64,000 nucleotides of DNA from a virus (taxonomy: Duplodnaviria > Caudoviricetes), in the IMG/VR virus record IMGVR_UViG_3300049215_000063, positions 2,147 through 66,146 of that record; one strand, 5' to 3'. The position numbers and the translations under genes were made by a program. Positions 18,609-27,610 of this stretch are shown here, piece by piece (position 1 is the stretch's first letter; each line of letters begins with the position of its first letter). Below the pieces are notes generated by a model. It was not told where the DNA came from. It ran no database searches and saw nothing but the letters and a program-made list of their open reading frames with translations.

Positions 18609-18986
18609 ATGGATACGGATAAAAATCCTACGCAGCCAGAAATCGAAGTCACGCCTGAGATGATCGAGGCGGGGGCGGAAACCCTCCGTGGGCTCTATAA
18701 TTGGGACTTTGGCCCTAACGATTCTTCGTACTTGGCAGAACTAATTCTACGCTCGGCTTTGAAAGTACCTCGATCAGAAACGTCAAAAGCCCCGATTAGC
18801 GCGAGCGCTTCTATGGCTGATCACTTTTCCCCCGAATGCAGGGCTTGGCTCGATAAGGTTCGCGCTGAGGAACGAAAGCGATTTGGGCCGATGCTTGATG
18901 CTATGTTGCTTGAGGCCCAAAACCTTCGGCTATCAAAAGGGCGTTTCGGGCGGTCGTTAAGGGATTCAGTTGATGGCATTAACTGA
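18609..18986 (+). CDS. hypothetical accessory protein
   Basis: IEVTPEMIEAG motif; upstream TTGCGT-17-TAGGTT promoter-like sequence. Confidence 0.55.
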   Translation: MDTDKNPTQPEIEVTPEMIEAGAETLRGLYNWDFGPNDSSYLAELILRSALKVPRSETSKAPISASASMADHFSPECRAWLDKVRAEERKRFGPMLDAMLLEAQNLRLSKGRFGRSLRDSVDGIN

Positions 18987-19152
18987 ATGTGTTGTGACCG
19001 TCGGCATTAAATATACGCGTCGGGCGAAGTTCGTTTTATGGTGTGCGCGCACGCTTGTTAGTTGTGGCGTCGCCATTGATGAAGATCGTTGGGCCAATCA
19101 GATCGTCCAGCAAATGGATGTAACCGTCGACGGTAAGCGCAGTACTCTTTAG
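18973..19152 (+). CDS. hypothetical protein
   Basis: Short ORF overlapping the previous stop. Confidence 0.4.
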   Translation: MALTECVVTVGIKYTRRAKFVLWCARTLVSCGVAIDEDRWANQIVQQMDVTVDGKRSTL

Positions 19153-19290
19153 CGCAAGGCGGCGCCAAATGGCGGTACGCGTCTCGTGACGCGCCGCGAT
19201 GCCCGTTTAGCATGCGCTCTTCGTTCATTCCGAAAACATACAGGATCAACGCATGCCGCTGCAACAGGGGGCATCGGCGGCGGTCCGGGT

Positions 19291-19944
19291 TTATCTGCCG
19301 CCGTAATGCTCTATCGCGTGGCAGTTCGGACAGAGAACAACAAGGTTGTCGAGATTGTTGTTTCGTCGGTTCCGGTCGCCGTGGTGGACGACAAGAATTT
19401 CGGGGCGCTCATCGTAGGCGCATCGACTACACGAGTTAATCATTCCGCGATCTTTCATCCATGATCGCGCAGCAGACGCGCGACCGGGCTTGTCAACTCG
19501 TCGTAAGATGTTTCGGCACGATGTGCTGCAACACGGGGCTTTGTCAGCCCTTATCTTGCTGGGAGACCGTCTGAATATCTTGCGACAGACCGAGCAAGTC
19601 AGCTCGACGCTGCCGCGGTATTTCATTGATTCGTCGTAACACTTATCCGAACAATATTTAGCATTCGCTCCATCGCGCCGGACAACGCTATATCGCGATC
19701 CGCAGTGCGAGCAATCCTTCTCAGTGCGGTCATGAACTTTCTTGTAGCCCCACGCGCATTTCCTCGAACAGAACTGGAAGCTCTTAACTCGGTATCGGGG
19801 GATGCGAACCCCCTTCCCGCAGTTTTTGCAATTCAACTCAACGCTGCTGTCGGCCTTGCCGCTGCATTCCCGTGAGCAAAAGACTTGCGCCGGGTATCGC
19901 GGGGTGAATTCGGCTGTGCAAGCACGGCATGTCTTGAGGGTCAC
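19291..19944 (-). CDS. HNH endonuclease with repeated CxxC...CSxxC zinc modules
   Basis: Four CxxC-Xn-CSxxC repeats then LVVHHGDRNRRNNNLDNLVVLCPNCHAIEH. Confidence 0.88.
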   Translation of the reverse strand: MTLKTCRACTAEFTPRYPAQVFCSRECSGKADSSVELNCKNCGKGVRIPRYRVKSFQFCSRKCAWGYKKVHDRTEKDCSHCGSRYSVVRRDGANAKYCSDKCYDESMKYRGSVELTCSVCRKIFRRSPSKIRADKAPCCSTSCRNILRRVDKPGRASAARSWMKDRGMINSCSRCAYDERPEILVVHHGDRNRRNNNLDNLVVLCPNCHAIEHYGGR

Positions 19945-19947
19945 AAA

Positions 19948-21876
19948 ATGCCTCTACTCAAAGGTTCGGGCCAAGAAACGATAAGCAAAAACATAGCCGA
20001 ACTTATGCGAACAGGCAAGTATGCACCGAAACAGGCCGAGGCGATTGCCTATCGCACGGCCGGTAAAGACGCACTCGCCGCACAGGACATGAGTCCGGAT
20101 GACTGGCGCGGCTTGGTCGGTGGTTTGATCAAATTCTTCGGCGAGGAATCCGAAGAACCGGAACACGCGGAAGACGCGCCAAACGGCCAGCTGAATGAAA
20201 AGGAACGATCGGAAGCCGATCGGAATAAAGCAGAACGGGAAGAGATGCCCGGCGAGGCGTTTCTTGAACCGGCGTCACGGAAATATCCGGTCAAATCGAA
20301 AGCGGACGGCAAGTACACCTATAGCCGCGATCTTCTGCTCGCCGCTGCGCGGGAAGCCCGTATGCACGGGAACGAGGAATTGGCGAAGCGCGCGGATACG
20401 ATCCGGGAGCGGGAATTCGGTGGAGCACAAGACGAGGCGCTGATCACGTTCGATCGCGCCACTGTGCGTTATTACGACGCCGACGGCCGTTTGCATATAG
20501 AGGCGTCGCCCATCAGCAAGGCCAATGTCTGCGAATATCTGGGGCGGGAAATCCCAGGCGCCGAACAAATGGGGCTCGATCCGAACCGGAAGTATCGCCT
20601 GCTTCGTCACCCGGACGAACTACGCAAGGGCGCCGATACCTTCAACAACCTGCCGCTGTTGCGCCGCCATGTTCCGGTGAGCGCAGCATCGCATCAACCC
20701 GCCGAAGTCGTTGGCTCGACCGGGACCAACGCGGCATACGAGCATCCCTACCTCACGAACGCGCTGGTCGTCTGGTCGAAGGATGACATCGAACAGATCG
20801 AGGCCGATCTGAAAAAGGAATTGTCGAGCGCGTACCGTTATCGCGCGGACATGACGCCGGGTGAATATGAAGGCGAGAAATACGACGGCATCATGCGCGA
20901 TATCGTCGGCAATCACGTTGCTTTGGTGAAAGAGGGCAGGGCCGGCCCCGATGTGGTCGTCGGCGACAGCAAGGAGAATTTGACCATGCCTAAGACCGTT
21001 CTGTCTCGAAAGGCCGCCCTCGTGCAAGGTGCGGTGATTGCGTTTCTCGCGCCGCGTCTCGCGACCGATGCCAAGATCGATGTTGCTCCGCTGCTCGCGG
21101 ACATCACATCGGGCAATTACGTCAAGAAGCGCGCCGGCCTCGCCACTGAGGTGTCGCGACTTACCACGGGCAAATTGGCCAAGGACGCCAAATTGGACGA
21201 TCTCGGCGCGGTGCTGATGGCGCTCGATGCCGTCGAGCCGGAAGAGGAAGAAAAGAAAGCCAAGGACGCCGAGGATCTTCCGGAGCCGGGCGGTGAGAAG
21301 GGCAAAGGTCCAGCCAAAGACCGCAAGGGCAAGGACAGCAAGGCCAAGGACGAAGGCCTCAAGGAAATGCTCAAAGGCAAGCTGTCCGCCGAAGACTGGA
21401 AGGCGGCGTGCGACGAGATCGACGCCATGAAGGCCAAGGATAAGGCCAAAGACGACGAAGACCCGGAAGACGAGAACGCCGATCCGGAAGATACCAACAA
21501 GGGCGACCGGAAGGGCAAGGACGAAGAACCCATGAGCAAGAAAGCCATGGACGAGGCGATTGCCGGCGAGCGCCAGCGTCAGCGCGACGTGCGCGAAGCG
21601 GAGCGGTTCGTGCGGCCGTGGATCGGCGATCTCGCCATTGCCTATGATTCCGCCGATGAGGTCTACAAAGCCGCATTGGAATCGCGCGGGAAGAGCACCA
21701 GGGGCATTCATCCTTCGGCGTATCGCTCCATTCTGGAAATGCTGCCGAAACCCGGAAGCGAGCGCAAAAGCTTCGCCGAAATGTTGGCAAGCAGCCGTGT
21801 CGCTATGGATTCGGCGGGCAGCAAAAGCTTCGCCGAAATGTTCCCCGGCGCCATGGATATCAAGATCAGCGCGTAA
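19948..21876 (+). CDS. prohead protease (DUF2213) / scaffold fusion with N-terminal extension
   Basis: DGRLHI..ISKANVCEYLG, ELSSAYRY, GNHVALVKEGRAG; acidic K/D-rich scaffold tail. Confidence 0.88.
   Translation: MPLLKGSGQETISKNIAELMRTGKYAPKQAEAIAYRTAGKDALAAQDMSPDDWRGLVGGLIKFFGEESEEPEHAEDAPNGQLNEKERSEADRNKAEREEMPGEAFLEPASRKYPVKSKADGKYTYSRDLLLAAAREARMHGNEELAKRADTIREREFGGAQDEALITFDRATVRYYDADGRLHIEASPISKANVCEYLGREIPGAEQMGLDPNRKYRLLRHPDELRKGADTFNNLPLLRRHVPVSAASHQPAEVVGSTGTNAAYEHPYLTNALVVWSKDDIEQIEADLKKELSSAYRYRADMTPGEYEGEKYDGIMRDIVGNHVALVKEGRAGPDVVVGDSKENLTMPKTVLSRKAALVQGAVIAFLAPRLATDAKIDVAPLLADITSGNYVKKRAGLATEVSRLTTGKLAKDAKLDDLGAVLMALDAVEPEEEEKKAKDAEDLPEPGGEKGKGPAKDRKGKDSKAKDEGLKEMLKGKLSAEDWKAACDEIDAMKAKDKAKDDEDPEDENADPEDTNKGDRKGKDEEPMSKKAMDEAIAGERQRQRDVREAERFVRPWIGDLAIAYDSADEVYKAALESRGKSTRGIHPSAYRSILEMLPKPGSERKSFAEMLASSRVAMDSAGSKSFAEMFPGAMDIKISA
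20986..21876 (+). CDS. putative nested scaffold protein from an internal start
   Basis: AAGGAG SD at 20971 before in-frame ATG 20986, right after the protease domain. Confidence 0.55.
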   Translation: MPKTVLSRKAALVQGAVIAFLAPRLATDAKIDVAPLLADITSGNYVKKRAGLATEVSRLTTGKLAKDAKLDDLGAVLMALDAVEPEEEEKKAKDAEDLPEPGGEKGKGPAKDRKGKDSKAKDEGLKEMLKGKLSAEDWKAACDEIDAMKAKDKAKDDEDPEDENADPEDTNKGDRKGKDEEPMSKKAMDEAIAGERQRQRDVREAERFVRPWIGDLAIAYDSADEVYKAALESRGKSTRGIHPSAYRSILEMLPKPGSERKSFAEMLASSRVAMDSAGSKSFAEMFPGAMDIKISA

Positions 21877-21912
21877 ACCGAACCCAATCCAAAAACATAG
21901 GAGAACGCCACG

Positions 21913-22893
21913 ATGAGCGGCGGCATTCAGGCAACGATTACGACCCAGCCGGCCCCTGGGATCGCTGGCGATTTCTGCGACGCCAATCCGCGGTATTCGT
22001 GGGACGCCGGTCCGGGTGGACTGGTCGCGGGTCCAAGTGGACTGGTCATCGGCCTCTTCGCATGGGTGGCCTATTCCCAGCTTGACGGCGACAGTGCCCC
22101 AGCGGCAGCCAATAACTTCGGCTCCGGGCCGGTTACGGGCTTCGTCTCGCGCGCGCAGCAGGGCCTCATCACGACGTATCTGTCCGATGCGGGCGTGACG
22201 ATTCCGGCGGGCTTCCAATGCACGCTGATGTCGGGTGGTGGCTTCTGGGCCTACAACAGCGGCTCCGGGCAGGCTCTTCCGGGCATGAAGGCCTATGCCA
22301 ATTTCGTCAACGGCAAGGTCACCTTCGCTGCTTCGGGGAGCCCGACGACCGCCAGTGCAACTACTTCGACCATCGCCTCTGGCACTGCGGCGACTTTCAC
22401 GGGGGCGGTCTCCGGCAACGTGCTGACGGTCACCGGTTCGGTCACCAACACGATCTATCCCGGCGCCGTTCTTTCGGGAACCAACGTCGCGACCAACACC
22501 GTCATCACGGGACAGCTCAGCGGTACGACCGGCGGCGCGGGCACCTATTCGCTGAATATCGGCGAGCAGAGCATCGCCGCGGAAGCGCTCACCGCGACCC
22601 CTTACGTGCTTGATACCACCGGAGGCACCGTCACCGGGTCGATCGTGGTCGGCTCCGTCCTTCAGTCCGCCGGTGGCACGGCGACGGGCACCGTTGTCGG
22701 CATGTCGGTGGTCACCGCGAACCAACCCGCGACCGGAAAATACATCGTGGCTCCCGCGGGCTTTGGCGCAGCGGGCACCGTGACGAGCGGCACCATCGTG
22801 TTGGCGTCAAATATCGAAACCTCATGGTACGCGCGCTCGTCCGGTCTTACCGGCGAAGTGGTGAAGATCAGCAACGTGCCGGGCATCGGCTAA
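21913..22893 (+). CDS. capsid decoration/cement protein
   Basis: PAPGIAGDF..NP, GFVSRAQQGLIT; between scaffold and capsid genes. Confidence 0.75.
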   Translation: MSGGIQATITTQPAPGIAGDFCDANPRYSWDAGPGGLVAGPSGLVIGLFAWVAYSQLDGDSAPAAANNFGSGPVTGFVSRAQQGLITTYLSDAGVTIPAGFQCTLMSGGGFWAYNSGSGQALPGMKAYANFVNGKVTFAASGSPTTASATTSTIASGTAATFTGAVSGNVLTVTGSVTNTIYPGAVLSGTNVATNTVITGQLSGTTGGAGTYSLNIGEQSIAAEALTATPYVLDTTGGTVTGSIVVGSVLQSAGGTATGTVVGMSVVTANQPATGKYIVAPAGFGAAGTVTSGTIVLASNIETSWYARSSGLTGEVVKISNVPGIG

Positions 22894-22929
22894 CGCTTGG
22901 CTGCGGCTCAAGGATCAGGAGAAACTTTC

Positions 22930-24024
22930 ATGAACCACCAAGAAGCAATTGAGCTTTGGGCTGCGCATCGCGGGATGCTGGCGCAACGCGGCGTGACGAT
23001 GACCGATGTGCGGTCCTATGTCCCGGATGAATTCCGGTACGATTTCGGTTTGGCGATGGATGCGCAGCCGGCGCTCTCCACCACCGATCCGAACTCCGCG
23101 GTTCCGGCGATCCTCACCACGATGATCGATCCGAAGGTCTTCAAGGCGTTGTTCGCGCCGAACAAGGCTACGGTCATCATGGGCGAAGAGCGGCGAGGAA
23201 CGTGGCTCGACGATACGATCATGCTGCCCGTGACGGAAGCCGCCGGTGAAGTGTCGAGCTATGGCGACTATGCCGAAAACGGCGCCGTCACCTCGAACAC
23301 CAACTGGCCCCAGCGTCAGGCCTATTTGTTCCAGGTCGTGAAGCAGTACGGCGAGCGCGAGCTCGAGCGCGCGGGGCTGGCGCGCATCAATTGGGTTGCG
23401 GAACTCGACTATTCGGCAGCCTTGATGCTCAACAAGTTCTCCAACCTGACGTATTTCTACGGCGTCGCTGGGCTGCAGAACTATGGGCTGCTCAACGACC
23501 CGCACCTCAATGCGTCCCTGACGCCGGCCACCAAAGCCTATGGCGGCACGACGTGGTACAACAATTCAGGCCAGGTCGCGGCAACTGCCAACGAAATCTT
23601 CGCCGACATCGAAAATCTGTTCACGCAGCTGGTCATCCAGACCGCCGGCTCGGTCAATCGCGAGACACCGATGGTGCTCTCACTGAGCCCGCAGTCCGAA
23701 GCGGCGTTTACCACGACCAACAGCTTCAACGTCAACGTCAGCGATCTCATCAAGAAGAACTTCCCGAATCTCAAGGTGGAGAATGCCGTGCAGTACGGCG
23801 TTCTGAGCGCGTCCAATCCGCAAGGGATCGCCGGCGGCAACTTCATGCAGCTGATCGCGAAGGAGCTTGACGGCCAGGAAACCGGCTATTGCGGCTTCAA
23901 CGAGAAAATGCGCGCGCACAAGCTCATTCCGCAGATGTCCTCCTACAAGCAAAAGGTCAGCGCCGGCACATGGGGCTGCATTCTGCGGATGACGTCCACC
24001 ATCGCATCAATGCTCGGCATCTGA
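22930..24024 (+). CDS. major capsid protein (DUF2184)
   Basis: LAMDAQPAL, YGERELERAG, YFYGVAGLQNYGLLNDP, EKMRAH, AGTWG. Confidence 0.9.
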   Translation: MNHQEAIELWAAHRGMLAQRGVTMTDVRSYVPDEFRYDFGLAMDAQPALSTTDPNSAVPAILTTMIDPKVFKALFAPNKATVIMGEERRGTWLDDTIMLPVTEAAGEVSSYGDYAENGAVTSNTNWPQRQAYLFQVVKQYGERELERAGLARINWVAELDYSAALMLNKFSNLTYFYGVAGLQNYGLLNDPHLNASLTPATKAYGGTTWYNNSGQVAATANEIFADIENLFTQLVIQTAGSVNRETPMVLSLSPQSEAAFTTTNSFNVNVSDLIKKNFPNLKVENAVQYGVLSASNPQGIAGGNFMQLIAKELDGQETGYCGFNEKMRAHKLIPQMSSYKQKVSAGTWGCILRMTSTIASMLGI

Positions 24025-24049
24025 CCGATCGCTCAAGAAGGAAAACACA

Positions 24050-24532
24050 ATGGCCGCGACTGTCGTGGTAGCCTGCAAACACCCGCCCGGTATCGTCATG
24101 CGCGTGTTTGAACGCGAGGAATACGACGTTCCCGTGCTTGGTGGTGGTTCGCGAAAGGAATCGCGCGCCATCGCAGTGGGCGAACCTGTCAAAATCAATG
24201 GGCCGGCGGTCCCATTCGGGCAGACACCATCCTTCGTTATTGCCGGAGGTTATGCGCTAACGCCGAACGTGCCGGCGGACGTGGCGATGGCCTATATGGA
24301 ACAGAATAAAAACTCTGCGTTGGTCAAGAACAATCTGATTTTCATTCACGAAAAGCCCGAATTCGCCCAAAAACAGGCGAGGGAGCAAAAGGCCGTCAAG
24401 AGCGGACTTGAGCGTCTTGATGTCGGGATGGTGACCAAAAACGGCCGCGAGGTGCCGAAAGACCCGCGGTGGCCGGCGCGCGTCAATCCGAACTTGTCAG
24501 GAGTTGCGACCGACAAGCGTGATGACACGTAA
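24050..24532 (+). CDS. conserved head-associated hypothetical protein
   Basis: VVACKHPPG..GYALTPNVP..KSGLERL; follows MCP. Confidence 0.7.
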   Translation: MAATVVVACKHPPGIVMRVFEREEYDVPVLGGGSRKESRAIAVGEPVKINGPAVPFGQTPSFVIAGGYALTPNVPADVAMAYMEQNKNSALVKNNLIFIHEKPEFAQKQAREQKAVKSGLERLDVGMVTKNGREVPKDPRWPARVNPNLSGVATDKRDDT

Positions 24533-24538
24533 ACGATC

Positions 24539-24967
24539 ATGGGTGTCGTTGTCGCATTCAGTTATCCGAACTGGACGGTTCTGTTCCCTCAGTTCGGTAA
24601 CGTGAACGAGGCCCAAGTAACGGGGCCGGTTCTGACCGTGGCGCAGCAATATTGCCGCAATGACGGCGGCGGTCCGGTCAATGATTGCGGCGTCCAGACG
24701 CAGATGTTGAATCTCATGGTCGCTCATGTAGCCCAGCTTCTCTATGGGTCCACGACGCAGCCCGTGTCGCCGCTGGTCGGACGTATCAGTGGGGCGACCG
24801 AAGGGACGGTATCGGTTTCGACCGAATTTCCGACCACGCCATCGAGTGCGTGGTTTTTGCAAACGCAGTATGGCGCGATGTATTGGCAGATGATCCTGCC
24901 CTATCGTCTTGGCCGATATCGACCCAAGATCACACCTCAGCGCCAAGCTGTCGGTGGCCCGTGGTGA
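24539..24967 (+). CDS. head-tail adaptor (DUF4054)
   Basis: FPQF, MVAH, VGRISGATEGTVSVS, WFLQTQYGAMYW. Confidence 0.85.
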   Translation: MGVVVAFSYPNWTVLFPQFGNVNEAQVTGPVLTVAQQYCRNDGGGPVNDCGVQTQMLNLMVAHVAQLLYGSTTQPVSPLVGRISGATEGTVSVSTEFPTTPSSAWFLQTQYGAMYWQMILPYRLGRYRPKITPQRQAVGGPW

Positions 24968-24971
24968 CTGA

Positions 24972-25418
24972 ATGGCGACCCTCAAGGGCGGCGATAAGCT
25001 CGCCGATGTTCTGAAAACGATCGGCGCCAAAGCAAGCAACGCTAAATCAGTCCAGGTCGGGTTCCTGGAAAACTCGACCTATCCCGACGGCACCAGCGTC
25101 CCGATGGTAGCGGCGATCCAGGAATTCGGCGCGCCGAAAGTCGGCATTCCGCCGCGGCCGTATTTCCGGAACATGATCGCGGCGAAGTCGAAACAATGGC
25201 CGAAGGCCACGGCCGAGCTGCTGAAAGACAACGACTATGACGCCGCGAAGACGTTGGGCCTCGTCGGCGAGGGTGTGAAGGGCCAGTTGCAGCAGTCGAT
25301 CGTCGACACCAATACGCCACCCAACGCGCCCGCGACCATCGCGCGCAAGGGCGCTGCGAAGCCGCTGGTCGACAGCGGCCATATGCTCAATTCCATTGAT
25401 TACCAAGTCAAAACCTGA
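24972..25418 (+). CDS. neck/virion morphogenesis protein
   Basis: VAAIQEFG..IPPRPYFR..PNAPATIARKG..KPLVDSG. Confidence 0.8.
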   Translation: MATLKGGDKLADVLKTIGAKASNAKSVQVGFLENSTYPDGTSVPMVAAIQEFGAPKVGIPPRPYFRNMIAAKSKQWPKATAELLKDNDYDAAKTLGLVGEGVKGQLQQSIVDTNTPPNAPATIARKGAAKPLVDSGHMLNSIDYQVKT

Positions 25419-25436
25419 TGCTCGGGAGATAGCGCG

Positions 25437-26150
25437 ATGAGCGGCACCACCGTTCTTTTCAGTTCGAAGACCGGCGATATCAACTTTCCGATCACGCCCG
25501 CGTCGATCGACAGCATGACGATCGGCGCGACGACGCCGGCGCCGATCACGGGGACCAATCTGCACGCCACCGGCACCACGGAATTGGATGGCGCGGTGAG
25601 CGGGGCCGGTTTCGTGGCCGCGGTGCAGGCGATCATCGAGGGCGATGCCCCGGCGGCGCGTTATCTCCCGCTCACGGATGTCAAGACGGCGGCCGGTTTG
25701 CCGCTCGCGACGGGAACGGCTGCGACGACGCTTCCGGGTATTGCGCGCACGGCCGGCACCAGCATGTATCTCACCGGCGCGGCTACGTCTGGTGCGACGC
25801 CCGCGACCACGAACATGCTGTGGGAATTCGATCTGCCCACGACCTATGTCGCGGGTGCGGCGATTCCGGTTGGGGTCAATTGCGTGGTGCCGGTAGCGAC
25901 CGATGTGACGGCGGCTTCCACCACCATGACCGTTTTGGCTTACACCGAAGTCAACGGCGTTGAAACCGCATTGACGGTTTCCGCGGCCCAGCAAATCCCC
26001 ATCACGACGGCGGCGACCTTGACGTTTTCGATTACCGGCACGGGTCTCGTTCCGGGCGCGCACATCGTATTGGAATTGACCATGCTGGTTACGACGACCT
26101 CGGGCGGCGCGTCGAGCGGGCAGGTCAACAGCGTGGGCATCACGGCGTGA
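25437..26150 (+). CDS. putative virion structural protein
   Basis: Thr/Ala/Gly-rich beta-type protein in the neck module. Confidence 0.65.
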   Translation: MSGTTVLFSSKTGDINFPITPASIDSMTIGATTPAPITGTNLHATGTTELDGAVSGAGFVAAVQAIIEGDAPAARYLPLTDVKTAAGLPLATGTAATTLPGIARTAGTSMYLTGAATSGATPATTNMLWEFDLPTTYVAGAAIPVGVNCVVPVATDVTAASTTMTVLAYTEVNGVETALTVSAAQQIPITTAATLTFSITGTGLVPGAHIVLELTMLVTTTSGGASSGQVNSVGITA

Positions 26151-26533
26151 ACCTTCACGGCATCGTCTCGGGCGCCATAAGCGCGGTCAATCCCTTCGTC
26201 GCCGCGACGGTGCAGCGTTCGACCGGCTACACCACGAATTCCGATGGTTCGCGCGTTCCGACCTATACGACGTTCTCTGTGTCGGTGCAGATGCAGGCGC
26301 TCACCTACACCGATCTCAGAGAACTCGACGCCCTGAACATCACCGGCAAGCGGCGCAAGATTTATCTCAGCGGCGATGTCGAAGGCATCATCCGCGCCGA
26401 TCAGCGCGGCGGCGATCTGATCGTATTTCCGACCGGAACGTTGCCGGAAGGCAATACCTGGCTTGCCGCTTACGTGCTGGAAAACTGGCCGGATTGGGTG
26501 TCGGTTGCGATCACGCTGCAGGACGGGAGTTGA
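26147..26533 (+). CDS. head closure / head-tail joining protein
   Basis: MNLHGIV..AISAVNP..QMQAL..GGDL..VLENWPDW. Confidence 0.75.
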   Translation: MNLHGIVSGAISAVNPFVAATVQRSTGYTTNSDGSRVPTYTTFSVSVQMQALTYTDLRELDALNITGKRRKIYLSGDVEGIIRADQRGGDLIVFPTGTLPEGNTWLAAYVLENWPDWVSVAITLQDGS

Positions 26534-26536
26534 CGA

Positions 26537-26821
26537 ATGTTCAGCCAATCCTACGACCCGCTCGGTTATCAGCAACTTGCGGCGAACTCGACGGCACAGG
26601 CGTTGACCGTTCCAGCCGGCGCGAACTGCGCGCTGTTCGCGGTCGAGACGGCGAACGTGCGCTGGCGAGATGATGGCGTTGCGCCGACGACATCAGCAGG
26701 TATGCCGATCGTCGCCGGTGCCGCTCCGTTCTTCTACAGTGGCACGCTCTCGGCCCTGCAATTCATCGCCGAATCCGGCAGTCCGCTGGTCAACGTATCG
26801 TACTATCGCCCGGCCGGATGA
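26537..26821 (+). CDS. small beta-rich structural protein
   Basis: PLGYQQL..VRWRDDGVAPT..GMP..NVSYY. Confidence 0.65.
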   Translation: MFSQSYDPLGYQQLAANSTAQALTVPAGANCALFAVETANVRWRDDGVAPTTSAGMPIVAGAAPFFYSGTLSALQFIAESGSPLVNVSYYRPAG

Positions 26822-26824
26822 TGC

Positions 26825-27562
26825 ATGCCGTCGCCCGCTCCGACGCAATCGCAGATCCAGACGGCGCTGCGGTCTTTTCTGTTGAACGTATTACCGTCTG
26901 GCGTCGAAGTCATCGAGGGCCAGGACAATCGCGTTCCGGAGCCGCAGGGCGGTGATTTCGTTGTCATGACGCCGATCCGGCGCGCGCGGCTTTCGACCAA
27001 CATCGATCAGCAAGCGGACACGCTTTTCACGGGATCGATTGCCGGAACGACATTGGCCGTCAGCGCAATCACGTTCGGTACGATCGCTGTCGGTGATCCG
27101 GTCTATGGCGTCGATGTTGCATCGGGCACCGAAGTCACCGCGCTCGGAACTGGAACGGGCGGAACTGGCACCTATACCGTCGCGCCGTCGCAAACCGTAG
27201 CGAGCGAGGCGATGGCGGCCGGCACGATGCAGGTATTGCAGCCGACCGATGTGGTGTTCCAGCTCGACTTTCACAGCGCCAATGTCGGGGATTCGTCCGA
27301 TATGGCGCAGACGATAGCGACGCTGTTTCGCGATCCATATGCGACCGAATTCTTTTCCGCGCTGACACCGCCGATCGATGTAGCGCCGTTGTATGTGGAC
27401 GATCCGCGGCAGATGCCGTTCATGAACGCGGAACAACAATTCGAGACACGCTGGATCGTCGATGTGCACCTTGAGGCAAATCAGGTCGTAAGCGTGGGCC
27501 AGCAGTACGCCGATAGCGTCGATATCGGGCTTGTGAGCGTCACCGCGGCCTATCCGAACTGA
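26825..27562 (+). CDS. tail completion/neck terminator protein with inserted beta module
   Basis: [33 protein letters not shown]. Confidence 0.75.
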   Translation: MPSPAPTQSQIQTALRSFLLNVLPSGVEVIEGQDNRVPEPQGGDFVVMTPIRRARLSTNIDQQADTLFTGSIAGTTLAVSAITFGTIAVGDPVYGVDVASGTEVTALGTGTGGTGTYTVAPSQTVASEAMAAGTMQVLQPTDVVFQLDFHSANVGDSSDMAQTIATLFRDPYATEFFSALTPPIDVAPLYVDDPRQMPFMNAEQQFETRWIVDVHLEANQVVSVGQQYADSVDIGLVSVTAAYPN

Positions 27563-27610
27563 TCAATCCGCAAATACTCAGCACGCCTCGCGCATGAGGA
27601 TTCAACGCGC

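Noticed and set aside
20620-22725. 701-aa minus-strand ORF
   Set aside because: Antisense to protease/scaffold and decoration genes, expected in high-GC DNA; no motifs
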